A stretch of DNA of 64,000 bases, taken from Octopus sinensis (Eukaryota). The notes beneath the pieces are model-generated. The model ran no database searches. It saw only the letters and a list, made by a program, of their open reading frames with translations, and had not been told where the DNA came from. The stretch spans positions 82,026,001 through 82,090,000 of the forward strand of contig NC_043003.1 in assembly GCF_006345805.1 (NCBI RefSeq). The letters are read 5' to 3'. Below are positions 13,074 through 26,244 of this stretch, piece after piece (position 1 is the stretch's first letter; every line of letters starts with the position of its first letter). The position numbers and the translations under genes were made by a program.

Positions 13074-16000
13074 TAAGCAATATAGGATGAAGTCCCTTAC
13101 TCTACAGCAAAGGAATTCATCAGGAAGCGTGGGCAGTATATTTAAAAAAACCGTTACGGTTGCAATATACATCATATAATTAAGGGCTAAAGAGGGTTAT
13201 TCTAAAGCCAAATACACTGTTTTATCCACTTATAATCCGCTTGTTACAGGAAAATTGAAACTGAAAACGGGCAACTAACCTTTAGAAATGTTTAAATTTC
13301 GTTATCTCTATATTGAATCAATTTCGGACTTAATCTTATAAAAAAGATATATTCCTTCTTCAGTAGAACTTTCGATGGGATATAAAAAATACTCACGTAT
13401 GATCATGGAAAAAGCACAAGCTAAAAACAAACTACACTTGAGTACATCACTTATATCTAAAAATAAAAATTCTTTGGTCAGCCTCAGAAAACAACGTCCA
13501 GACCTTTCGCCGCTACAAATTGTAATGGTTACCAGTCCTCCTGTAGCAAGCATCGAGTTACTACTAAGCAATATAGGATGAAGTCCCTTACTCTACAGCA
13601 AAGGAATTCATCAGGAAGCGTGGGCAGTATATTTAAAAAAACCGTTACGGTTGCAATATACATCATATAATTAAGGGCTAAAGAGGGTTATTCTAAAGCC
13701 AAATACACTGTTTTATCCACTTATAATCCGCTTGTTACAGGAAAATTGAAACTGAAAACGGGCAACTAACCTTTAGAAAATTTAAATTTCGTTATCTCTA
13801 TATTGAATCAATTTCGGACTTAATCTTATAAAAAAAGATATATTCCTTCTTCGGTAGAACTTTCGATGGGATATAATAAAATACTCACGTATGATCATGG
13901 AAAAAGCACAAGCTAAAAACATAACTACACTTGAGTACATCACTTATATCTAAAAATAAAAATTCTTGGTCAGCCTCAGAAAACAACGTCCAGACCTTTC
14001 GCCGCTACAAATTGTAATGGTTACCAGTCCTCCTGTAGCAAGCATCGAGTTTACTACTAAGCAATATAGGATGAGTCCCTTACTCTACAGCAAAGGAATT
14101 CCAGGAAGCGTGGGCAGTATATTAAAAAAACCGTTACGGTTGCAATATACATCATATAATTAAGGGCTAAGAGGGTTATTCTAAAGCCAAATACACTGTT
14201 TTATCCACTTATAATCCGCTTGTTACAGAAATTGAAACTGAAAACGGGCAACTAACCTTTAGAAAATTTAAATTTCGTTATCTCTATATTGATCAATTTC
14301 GGACTTAATCTTATAAAAAAAGATATATTCCTTCTCAGTAGAACTTTCGATGGGATATAAATAAAATACTCACGTATGATCAGGGAAAAAGCACAAGCTA
14401 AAAACATAACTACACTTGAGTACATCACTTATATCTAAAAATAAAAATTCTTTGGTCAGCCTCAGAAAACAACGTCCAGACCTTTCGGCCGCTACAAATT
14501 GTAATGGTACCAGTCTCTGTAGCAAGCATCGAGTTTACTACTAAGCAATATAGGATGAAGTCCTTACTCTACAGCAAAGGAATTCATCAGGAAGCGTGGG
14601 CAGTATATTTAAAAAAACCGTTACGGTTGCAATATACATCATATAATTAAGGCTAAAGAGGGTTATTCTAAAGCCAAATACACTGTTGTATCCATATAAT
14701 CCGCTTGTACAGGAAAATTGAAACTGAAAACGGGCAACTAACCTTTAGAAAATTTAAATTTCGTTATCTCTATATTGAATCAATTTCGGACTTAATCTTA
14801 TAAAAAAAGATATATTCCTTCTTCAGTAGAACTTTCGATGGGTATAAATAAAATACTCACGTATGATCATGGAAAAAGCAACAAGCTAAAAACATAACTA
14901 CACTTGAGTACATCACTTATATCTAAAAATAAAAATTCTTTGGTCAGCCTCAGAAAACAACGTCCAGACCTTTCGCCGCTACAATTGTAATGGTTACCAG
15001 TCCTCCTGTAGCAAGCATCGAGTTTACTACTAAGAAATATAGGATGAAGTCCCTTACTCTACAGCAAAGGAATTCATCAGGAAGCGTGGGCAGTATATTT
15101 AAAAAAACGTTACGGTTGCAATATACATCATATAATTAAGGGCTAAAGAGGGTTATTCTAAGCCAAATACACTGTTTTATCCACTTATAATCTGCTTGTT
15201 ACAGGAAAATTGAAACTGAAAACGGCAACTAACCTTTAGAAAATTTAAATTTCGTTATCTCTATATTGAATCAATTTCGGACTTAATCTTATAAAAAAAG
15301 ATATATTCCTTCTTCAGTAGAACTTTCGATGGGATATAAATAAAATACTCACGTATGATCATGGAAAAAGCACAAGCTAAAAACATAACTACACTTGAGT
15401 ACATCACTTATATCTAAAAATAAAAATTCTTTGGTCAGCCTCAGAAAACAACGTCCAGACCTTTCGCCGCTACAAATTGTAATGGTTACCAGTCCTCCTG
15501 TAGCAAGCATCGAGTTTACTACTAAGCAATATAGGATGAAGTCCTTACTCTACAGCAAAGGAATTCATCAGGAAGCGTGGGCAGTATATTTAAAAAACCG
15601 TTACGGTTGCAATATACATCATATAATTAAGGCTAAAGAGGGTTATTCTAAAGCCAAATACACTGTTTTATCCACTTATAATCCGCTTGTTACAGGAAAA
15701 TTGAACTGAAAACGGGCACTAACCTTTAGAAAATTAAATTTCGTTATCTCTATATTGAATCAATTCGGACTTAATCTTATAAAAAAAGATATATTCTTCT
15801 TCAGTAGAACTTTCGATGGGATATAAATAAAATACTCACGTATGATCATGGAAAAAGCACAAGCTAAAAAAATAACTACACTTGAGTACATCATATATCT
15901 AAAAATAAAAATTCTTTGGTCAGCCTCAGAAAACAACGTCCAGACCTTTCGCCGCTACAAATGTAATGGTTACCAGTCCTCCTGTAGCAAGCATCGAGTT

Positions 16001-16430
16001 TATACTAAGCAAATAGGATGAAGTCCCTTACTCTACAGCAAAGGAATCATCAGGAAGCGTGGGCAGTATATTAAAAAACCGTTACGGTTGCAATATACAT
16101 CATATAATTAAGGGCTAAAGAGGGTTATTCTAAAGCCAAATACACTGTTTTTCCACTTATAATCGCTTGTTACAGGAAAATTGAAACTGAAAACGGGCAA
16201 CTAAGCTTTAGAAAATTTAAATTTCGTTATCTCTATATTGAATCAATTTCGGACTTAATCTTATAAAAAAGATATATTCCTTCTTCAGTAGAACTTTCGA
16301 TGGGATATAAAAAAATACTCACGTATGATCATGGAAAAAGCACAAGCTAAAAAATAATACACTTGAGTACATCACTTATATCTAAAAATAAAAATTCTTT
16401 GGTCAGCCTCAGAAAACAACGTCCAGACCT
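13071..16430. repeat. Tandem array, ~490-bp unit, ~6.9 copies
   Basis: Unit start tactaagca... at 13071, 13562, 14055, 14539, 15028, 15520, 16003 (periods 483-493); copies differ mostly by 1-2 nt indels. Confidence 0.97.
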
Positions 16431-16900
16431 TTTTTTAAATATACTGCCCACGCTCCTGATGAATTCCTTTGCTGTAGAGTAAGGGACTTCATCCTATATT
16501 GCTTAGTAGTAAATCGATGCTTGCTACAGGAGGACTGGTAACCATTACAATTGTAGCGGCGAAGGTCTGGACGTTGTTTTCTGAGGCTGACCAAAGAATT
16601 TTTATTTTTAGATATAAGTGATGTACTCAAGTGTAGTTATGTTTTAGCTTGTGCTTTTTCCATGATCATACGTGAGTATTTTATTTATATCCCATCGAAA
16701 GTTCTACTGAAGAAGGAATATATCTTTTTTTCAAGATTAAGTCCGAAATTGATTCAATATAGAGATAACGAAATTTAAATTTTCTAAAGGTTAGTGCCCG
16801 TTTTCAGTTTCAATTTTCCTGTAACAAGGGTGATTATAAGTGGATAAAACAGTGTATTTGGCTTTAGAATAACCCTCTTTAGCCCTTAATTATATGATGT
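16431..16900 (-). repeat. Inverted copy of the 490-bp unit fused to the array end
   Basis: Reverse complement of the unit (starts ttttttaaatatactgcccacgc, ends cttaattatatgatg), then (TA)n. Confidence 0.95.
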
Positions 16901-16917
16901 ATATATATATATATATA

Positions 16918-17077
16918 TGTAAATGTAATATGTGACAATTATTCGGTAGCCATGATAAAACTCCGAGTTTCGGATGTTAAGGTGGAAATTCATGCTGCCA
17001 TCTCTTCAGTTACCTGGGCATCCGAAACTCGGAGTTTTATCATGGCTACCGAATAATTGTCACATATTACATTTACA
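16918..17077. mobile_element. 160-bp hairpin/MITE with perfect 59-bp TIRs (TGT...ACA; Ginger-like)
   Basis: 16918-16976 is the exact reverse complement of 17019-17077; 42-bp spacer; flanks TATA/GATA (near 4-bp TSD). Family assignment is inference. Confidence 0.75.
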
Positions 17078-17142
17078 GATAAATTCCTCTATTTACATTA
17101 TATCGAGGTCTCTTTCTTTCTTTTGCTGTGTTACCATTTGAT

Positions 17143-17229
<87 letters not shown>

Positions 17230-17849
17230 GTATATATAAATATATATATAAATATGTATACACGACAGGCGAGCGCATATATATATATATGTACAATAAT
17301 GTTAGTAAGTTTCAGCTTCCTGGAGATTATAGCAAAGCCATGTGGTTAATACTGGAAGTACATAAGCATAGACATCTCGGAGCATGAAAGTACTTCTATT
17401 ATTGTAATTTGTACTACTGAAAAGTGGAAAAAAATGTGCAAAAATGAAACGTGATAATCATGTTGGAATTTCATTGACTAACATAGTTTATCTGTACATC
17501 ATCATAAAGACTCATATATGTATGTCTTTGTAAGTGTGTGTATGCGTGTGTGTGTGTGTAAAAACGAAAAGATGTGAATTAATTGTCCCATGCTATATAT
17601 TTTAAAAGGAAAGTGTATACCAAATACTATACAATATTGATTCTCGATTTATTATCTTCTCGCTAAGAGATTACACATCATTCGCTTGGTAGCAGTTAAA
17701 ATAATTTCTAAATTAGAAGTATAGGTATTTTCAAGAAAATATAACTGGCATGCCTCGGAGGAAAAGATAATCTCAGTGTCTTGAGAATACAGCATAACTG
17801 TTATGTTTCAATCTCAAATGGCGTCACTAATACAGCAGTGGACCTATCT

Positions 17850-18430
17850 TCACTTCAACAGATAGAACACTTAAGTAGTAGAGTACACAAGATTATTTGC
17901 ATAGATCCGTTGACAGAACTATACATCAAGAGTTCAGCAGAAAAACTAAAGATAAATTGTGTGAAAAAACAAAACACATACGATTCGAAAACAGCAGTTG
18001 TCAAAACAGTTGTAGAAAACGATGAAATAGTGGTAGAAGTAATTTGGACAGAGAGTGAATATATGCTGATACATGGACGCTGAAATCTCACAAAGAGTAA
18101 GAGAAAGGTGGAAGGCCATCGCCTTGATCAAAAACAGCTAGGCAAGACTATACGTGCCTTCCTGGGAGTTTATGGACAAGTGAGGCACAGACTACAACGA
18201 AGAAGGAGGAAAAGCGACTTGCTACGAGACATGACCACAGAAAGATTTCTGATAGGAATACCATTATGGTAGCATATCCGAAATGTGCAAATAAGAAAAA
18301 GGAGTAGAGTGAAGGATGTCACCGCGGAATACCGAACCCGCAAATTCCTGGATGGGTCTGTCGTAAGGTACTCTGACACAGATGGGATCTTTTGTTCCGT
18401 GATAATTAAGACAGCGGAAGAGAGCACTCG
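17850..18430 (+). mobile_element. Decayed RTE-clade LINE, ORF2 C-terminal part
   Basis: SAEKLKIN, EISQRVRERWKA, TTKKEEKRL, IPLW*HIRNVQIRKRSRVKDV: typical RTE C-terminal pattern with stops and frameshifts. Confidence 0.75.
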
Positions 18431-20229
18431 GAACATGTACAAGAGGTTGGAAAGTTAATATAACTAGCGACATGGTTTCAATTGGACGAGAAAGACATAA
18501 TGAAAGGAAATGTGGAAATATATTGTGATCAGCGATCTATACAGACTGTCTGTCAACGAAAATGTACTGTAATGCGTGATACGACTGGTAAGGTATACAG
18601 AAGACTAATTTAATTAGTTCAAACATTAGCTGATATAACTCAATATGTTAGGTAGAGTAAACAGGTATATTTATGCCGAAATTCACAATCGATTCGGAGC
18701 CTTGCACGAAGTGTCAAACTACATGTTAATTATTCAAAATGTTTAGGTTACATACATTCACAACTGCGTATTTCTAAACTTACTGAAGTAATATGTCACA
18801 GCATATCAAATTATGATTGAGGTACATAATCTAAATTTGTCCACCCGGCTCTCTCTTTTACTACTTTTGGTCATTCACATTATTAAAAAAAACATTGCCA
18901 AAACTCTGCCAGAAATAAAGAACACTCAAATAAAACTAACATGCGAAAGAGGATTTTTACGAATCCCATCTATCTGCAGAATGTGCTATTTAATATGGAT
19001 GTGAGCGAACGAAAGAGTAGTAATGGTTAAATTGTATTTTATATCTTCTTTCTACTCAATGCATTAAGTGTTCATATATTTTGTTAGCGAAAAACAACTT
19101 TATTACTATACATATTTTCTATATAGTCGAACATTTTCGAGTTAACATCAGTAATCTTTAAATAATGCTTTAAAATTTTATCACAACACCATTAATTTGA
19201 AGGAAGCGCTAAGCAGATTACATCAGCCCCTCTGCTCAACTGGCATTTATTTTATCGTCTCCGAAAGAATAAATGGGAGAGTCGACACATTGGAATTTCA
19301 ACTTAGTATGTGAAGACGGACGTAATATATCTAATCATTTTGTCCGGCATATCTGTCAGCTCGCCGACTAAGTAGTCTTTAAATAATGAAACAACGCAGT
19401 GTCATTTGCTCACTGACACAAACAATCTTCCCAATATCAACCATCACTTTGTACATATCATTTAATAGAAAGTGTATACGTTGTTGAGAAGTAATTGAAG
19501 ATCGAAGCTTATGAACACGATACGAATAAAAATTAGTTATCCTCCCTGATAACGTTGGAGATAAGTGCATTTAATTGGTTACTACACACTCAGTGTATTG
19601 AACGGAAATACTCGAAATGATAAGTGATGTAAGACTTTAAAAACAACAATGTTTACCGACATTAACTAATCTACGGCATAAAAAGCATTAAAAATTCTAA
19701 TGAAATGCTTGCATTTTATGTTGCAGTGACAAATATGTAGATTAATACAGTGACATAGAGATAAAAAGAAAATTATACGATAATAGCACTGTAAGATTAG
19801 AAAAATTAACGATTCCACGCATCAAAAACAATTCCAATACTGATGCTGAGATATAGTAGCAACTTTGAATAAACCTAACATAAAGAGTGTAGAACGAATT
19901 GTAAATAATATATAGCATTAAAACTCACTAGCAAATTATATTTCGATTTAATATATTTGGAGAACTTGTGATATTTTGAATATGTAATGTGGGTCCTTCT
20001 GTGGATTTCTCCCTAATTGACTTAGATGGGGAATTTTCATTAGAACTTTTTCCAAAACTTAAATATCAGGTTGCGTAAAAAGTAAGCAACGTTTAGAACC
20101 ATGAAGAATTTGTACCAGATTTTTGACCTTTTTTGAATCTTTTTTAACTTTTTTTTTGTAATTATCTGATAATACCGACTTAGACTTACTGAAATGCATC
20201 AATAAATTAATGTCGATATTTGTTTCACC

Positions 20230-21045
20230 GTCGTTACAACCATCTTGGCCGAGTTGGTCTTTTGTTTGTGCGTCTTTAGGGAAGATAGTGAAGGATTTGT
20301 TGAATTGGAATTATATTTGCTATTAATTGTTGTGTCTTGAGACACTTATTTTTACTGTCTTACGGCGGTTTTGTTAACGTTGTCTCCCTTGTTTGAAGGG
20401 AGAAGCGCATTACTTGTGTCTTCGTGATACATGAAAATTTAAATTCGTCAGACGTAACGACGTATGAAGAAGAATTACTGATAAATTTGGATATTACAGA
20501 CCAGAAGATGGAAAAAATGAAGGTAGAAAAAAAAATGAATTTTACAGCTGAAGATATTTGTTTTTAAAAAGTGGAGTTGAACAAGTGCAGGGAAATCCTA
20601 AGAAGGGAGGGGCACGAAGTAAAAGTGATCCCCATATCTGTGAAGTTACAAAGGACACGCAATGAAAGACAATAATATATAGAATATATAGTCTGGATAC
20701 AACAGGAATGGAGATTAATGACAAAACTACAAATTGAGAAGGCATCAAGACCCATCTGGCAGGATCTCACCTACCTTGCCTGAGGGGGGAAATACGCAAG
20801 TGTGGATTTGAGCTTTGCATCCGAAGAAAAGGCCAGGCAACATTCGGTAGCCTCCCTGAAAACAGACAAGGTAATACTTCTGCCTACTTACCTTAGAAGA
20901 CGTGCTTCTAGGGCAAGGGTGGAAGAGATTCACCCGAAGGTAGATGTCGCCAGGCTGGTGGCTGCAATATTGCTGGATGTAAAAGAGACGATACAGGTCC
21001 TCCAAGTAACGAGAACGCCACTCGTTGGCAAAAATGCGTAGATTG
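20230..21045 (+). mobile_element. Probable LINE ORF1-like remnant with 5' UTR
   Basis: Broken frames incl. LSFASEEKARQHSVASLKTDKVILLPTYLRRRASRARVEEIHPKVDVARLVAAIL; no splice structure; a 70-bp piece recurs at 21334-21403. Confidence 0.5.
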
Positions 21046-21183
21046 CAATAGTACATACTTTGATGAGTAAAATTTCCGCATTATTTAAATATACTGTGAT
21101 GAATTTCATGTTTGAAAGCATCACTTACTTTTCCCTCAACCTGATTTATATGTTTGTGTGTGTGTGTGTGTGTGTCTTTGTAT

Positions 21184-21239
<56 letters not shown>

Positions 21240-21419
21240 CATATATAGGTGCATATAGTGACGGAGGGTGCTAGTAATCACTAGCGTTGTTAGAAATAAG
21301 GGGCGAACCAACTCTTAGCCACACACACACACACGAAGGTAGATGTCACCTGGCTGGTGGCTGCAATACTGCTGCATGTAGAAAAGACGATAGAGATCCT
21401 CCACACACACATATAAATA

Positions 21420-21451
<32 letters not shown>

Positions 21452-22074
21452 CACATATATACATACATATATACACACGCACACACATATATATACATAT
21501 ACATATATATACACACACACACATACATGCATACTAAAAAGAGAGACACAGGAAGAAAGAGAGAATGACAGGGAGAGGAACGTAGTTCGATAAATTTTTG
21601 AATTTCCTCATAATTACACAATTTGAGAACCAACGCTCCCGTTTGTTGTCTTTCTAACTACTGTTACCATTGAAACGAGACCACATTCTATATCACAAGA
21701 GTTCTCTTCTTCACCGATTTCTGTTGTTATGTATAGGGATGCTCATGGATTTTCTATATAACTTACATTTGGCAACTGGATTGGCTTATAATTATATATA
21801 TTGAAACAAACATAGATTCACATATATACACACACACAATTTAAAGCCGAATGTTTGTCGTTTGTAAAGAATTCACCGGCGACCAGAATCCGGCAGCATT
21901 TCTATATGAATAATAACGTTGTGCGTTTAATAACTGATTAAGAATGAGAAATATTTTCTTGGTACCTCCTTTTGTTCTGTTGTTATTGTGCTATTTTCTC
22001 ATTCATCTGCCATGTCGCCTTATGTTTCCTTCTACGAGAAGAGTAGTGTATTATTTTTCCTTACAATATTTCAG

Positions 22075-22132
22075 GCTTCGGTGCTGGCATGGCAGCGATG
22101 TTTTAGCTTACCACATTAATGAACTAATTTGA
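22075..22132 (+). CDS. Candidate terminal exon of the CARP gene
   Basis: Strong acceptor ttatttttccttacaatatttcag; phase-2 frame LRCWHGSDVLAYHINELI*, loosely like the CA10 C-terminus (C-x(n)-L-x-Y-x-V-N-E). The linking exon was not found. Confidence 0.3.
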
Positions 22133-22423
22133 TAGTCTTACTGACATTGCAACGTCTCTATTTATGAATTATCATTATAGAATAAAGGATAAAAATCGAG
22201 TATTCTATTCTATAAAATACTTTCAAAACTGCTTATTTTTTAATCATCGACGGACACTTTTCCCATTTGTGAGGAGACATATATTTATATAATGAGTGGA
22301 TTTAATGTAAAATTCAACAAAGGGACATATACATGAAATGTAGAATACATTTACTGAACAAAATCTGAACAAGGAATGCTGTTCATAAATTCGTTATATC
22401 CAGTTATATATAAATAGTATATA

Positions 22424-22910
22424 CTCTCTCTCTCTCTTTACCCTTTTACTTGTTTCAGTCATATAACTGTGGCTATGCTAGAGCACCTCCTTTCAGTCGA
22501 GCAAATCGACCCCAGAACTTATTCTTTGTAAGCCTAGTAGTTATTCTATCGAACTATTTTACCCGAACCGCTAGGTTACGGGGACGTAAACACAAAAGCA
22601 TCGGTTGTGAAGAGATGTTGTGGGGGGGGGGCAAACGCAGACGCACAAACATACACACACACACACATATACATACATGCATATATATATATATATATAT
22701 ATAATATATATATATATATAATATATATATATATATATACATATATACAACAGGCTTCTTTCTGTTACCGTCTACCAAATCCACTCACAAGGCCTTGGGC
22801 AGCCCGAGGCTATAGTAGAAGACACTTGCCCAAGGCGCCAAGCAGTGGGACTGAACCCGGAACCATGTGGGTCGTAAGCAAGCTACTTACCACACAGCCA
22901 GTCCTACGCC
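22424..22910 (-). mobile_element. tRNA-derived SINE, family A
   Basis: - strand head GGCTGTGTGGTAAG (A-box-like) and GGTTCAGTCCC (B-box-like), internal (CA/TA)n; homologous to 43755-44154 and 49911-50305. Confidence 0.9.
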
Positions 22911-23429
22911 TATATGTATATGTGTCTCTGTGTATGTGTGTGATATGCTTTTATATTTGCTTTAAGAAACAATTCCATAACGTCATAACTGCTAACGTTG
23001 TTTGTGCATTTAGTATAATTCAGACATGATGATTTAAATTTAATATTCAACTGCGTAGACCGACATTTTCTGTAGCTGGACAAATTTCCGAAATACCGGT
23101 GAATGCATTTTGTACTTTCTTAGATACTGAAACACGATTCTTCTTTAAGAAGTGTCAATCGCGTGCATCATATTGACAGTTCCCAAGAGAGGTTTGGCCT
23201 CGATCCTATCCTGTATGTATAATGCACACTCGCACACACACACTACAAATTCACACACACATATGTGTGTGCGTATGTGTGTGTGTGTAGTGTATGTGTC
23301 TGTGTGCGTGTTGTGTTTACAACACAGCAAATCTATTGGGTGACATCAACTAGGACAATTCCATATCTTTTCTTCCATCAGAATATAGACTATATACATT
23401 TAGTATTATACGCAGGTGAACATATATAC

Positions 23430-23469
<40 letters not shown>

Positions 23470-23797
23470 GCGTGTGTGTGTGTGTGTGCGTGTGTGTGTA
23501 TACATATATATAATACAAGCGCGTACAAGCTTACGCGCGCGCGCACTCACATACACGTGACGCGTGTATTCATACGTACGTACAAATAGATGAATGATAC
23601 ATGAGGGAAAGGAATAGAAAGTACAAGACAATGGTATAGAAAATTCAATACGGTAAATACGCTAGCACATCTCTACATACTTACAATGATACATAAAAAC
23701 ACACTACACATATATATTTGCATACATACATACATACATATTACATGTGTGATCAATGTATGCATGTATGTGTTTGTGCATGTACATGCACGTATGT

Positions 23798-23853
<56 letters not shown>

Positions 23854-24319
23854 CACATAGAAAAAGAGAAGAGAAATATATTTGCACAACCAAAATGTAG
23901 TTGTAACTTATGGGGTAACATGTTTGATTAATTTTAGACACATATAATCACGGATTGCATCGATTTTCTGCATACAGGAAGTGTCAGCTTGCATTCTAAA
24001 ACAAATATTATCTTCCCCTACATTTACCTTCCACGATTACTGATATCACCACGTTACACGATAGTGTTAAAATCTGTGGTTTTCGGTCGAACTTTCTCAT
24101 AAAGGTAATTCTGCTGCATTGAGCTGCTCTCAAGAGAACAGTTTAATTCTGTTATGCGCGTATTTATCAGAACTATTTTACTGTATATTAATACCGCTAC
24201 CATAAACTTTACGAGGAGCTTCATATAATCGGATTTCTTATATTTGGCAGTAACAGTTAATGAGTTCAATCCTCTCGAAAGGGAAACCAATTAATTAATA
24301 TTTTTACTCAGTCTAAAGC

Positions 24320-24520
24320 AGTCAGCTGACAGAATCGTTAACACGCCAGGTACAATACTTAGCGGCATTAATCTGCCTTTACGCTCTGAGTTCAAATTCC
24401 GCCGAGATCGACTTTAGCTTTCATTCTTTCAGAATCGATAAAATACGAACGTGTTGAGCACTGGGATTGATATAAGCGTGACAGCTGGCCTTGAGCCAAT
24501 ATTTGAAACTAGTATTTTTT
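24320..24520 (+). mobile_element. tRNA-derived SINE, family B
   Basis: gctgacagaatcgttaacacgcc...ctgagttcaaattccgccgagatcgacttt (B box GTTCAAATTCC). Confidence 0.8.
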
Positions 24521-26027
24521 TATAGACGATGAAACAACCGGAAACGATCTTGTAAATTATTCTATCCCAGAAAAATTGTGATCGGTGCCTTAATTCATTA
24601 TGCTCTATCCTAACATGTATCATCACATGTTAAAATTATTTCTGGATAAGTGGCTTGTGAACGACATTTATGATCATGCATCGTAGTTTGTGCATTAGAA
24701 TACATTTCAGCAATTTGATTATTAGTTATTCAGTTTTGCCCAATACACTGTTTCCTTTGTGTTATTATGCCAGTTCAGCGAAACCAGTTTTAAATTACGA
24801 CTAAATTATTTAGAATCAAATACCAACTCCCATTATAGTTAAATTTACTAACCACTGAAATATTACCAAAGACGTTATCGTAATATTGTTAATCTATTAT
24901 TTTTTTTTCGTTCACTGATTACAAGCTTCGCAATCATATTTCGTTTATCAAGTGGCATGATTAGCCCTTATTTATAACTGTTGACCTTTTTTGTATCCAG
25001 AACATGAGTATAGAGCTTGAATAGCCATTTCTCTCATTACTAAGCCCTATAGAGTCAGCTTGTTCAATAGGTTCCTCCTCTCATTGTAACAACGTTGATT
25101 AGACTATATTTCTATTGGTTATTATGTAGTTATGTAGCATAATTGGCTACTATGAACGGATGAGAACACAATTATCCGTGTCTCCGGGGCATTTCAGTAA
25201 ACTATGCTCTACTTTCAAAGCAGATACAGTAACACACAAAGTTAATTCGCGTTTTAAACTAAATATACAAATACTTCATAATAATGAAGCTACAGATATT
25301 TCGAAAGGTAAAGAAAATTGAAAGCGTTACATTGTTAGATATATAATGTCATTGATTGCAGAATGTAGCCATTCAATAATGCAAACACAATATAACATAG
25401 AGATTAATTAAAACATATATATATGGAGTAGGGAAAGAAACAGTGATATACTACTACGTTCATGCTACAATCACTACTCATATATATATTTACGTGTGTA
25501 TGCGTATGAATATAGTGTGTAGACATTTAATATCGATACACACATACACACAAGTGTGTGTTCGTACGTATGTTTTTATGTATACAATCATAAGTATATT
25601 AGAAAGAGGAAATTATATTTTCATCAGTAAACGATATGGGTATTAGATGTAAATAAGACGTTCAGACAGTTTCAAATTTCTAATATATTCTGTACGCTTT
25701 CTTTATATTCCATTTATTATTGCAATAGAGGGCGCAATGTGGCCGAATTAGATGGAAGCCGTCTGGAGCAAATGTCATTTTTTATAGCCTTCAGTTGTGT
25801 GTGGAATTAGGTTGACGCAAACCGTACACTTCATCGGGTAGATTGTAACTCTAATTCAAGAACGTACATCCTAGCCACATATTGTGTCTTCTAATTCTAT
25901 AGAATTACGTTAATACTACATATGGTTATGGGAATGAGTAGTCGCTTGCATTAATTTAGTTGATCAGCCACATAAGATCTCTACGTTCGACGGAAGTCAA
26001 CCACCTCCAATATTTTCTTTAACTACC

Positions 26028-26244
26028 CACAAGGGGCTAAACATAGAGAAGACAAACAAGGACAGACAAGCGGATTAAGTCGATTATATTGACCCCAGTG
26101 TGTAACTGGTACTTAATTTATCGACCCCGAAAGGATGAAAAGCAAAGTCGGCCTCGGCGGAATTTGAACTCAGAACATAGCGGCAGACGAAGCAGCTAAG
26201 CATTTCACCCGGCGTGCTAACGATTCTGCCAGCTCGCCGCCCTT
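26028..26244 (-). mobile_element. SINE family B
   Basis: Reverse complement ggcggcgagctggcagaatcgttagcacgccggg...gttctgagttcaaattccgccgagg. Confidence 0.88.

Noticed and set aside
13085-13130. CTGATGA on the - strand of the array unit as a hammerhead
   Set aside because: No GAAA box follows the stem; the CTGATGA bases pair within an ordinary hairpin.
13071-16430. Array as a CRISPR locus or mitochondrial insertion
   Set aside because: Whole ~490-bp units repeat with no unique spacers and no cas genes; I recognised no mitochondrial gene, tRNA or rRNA motif.
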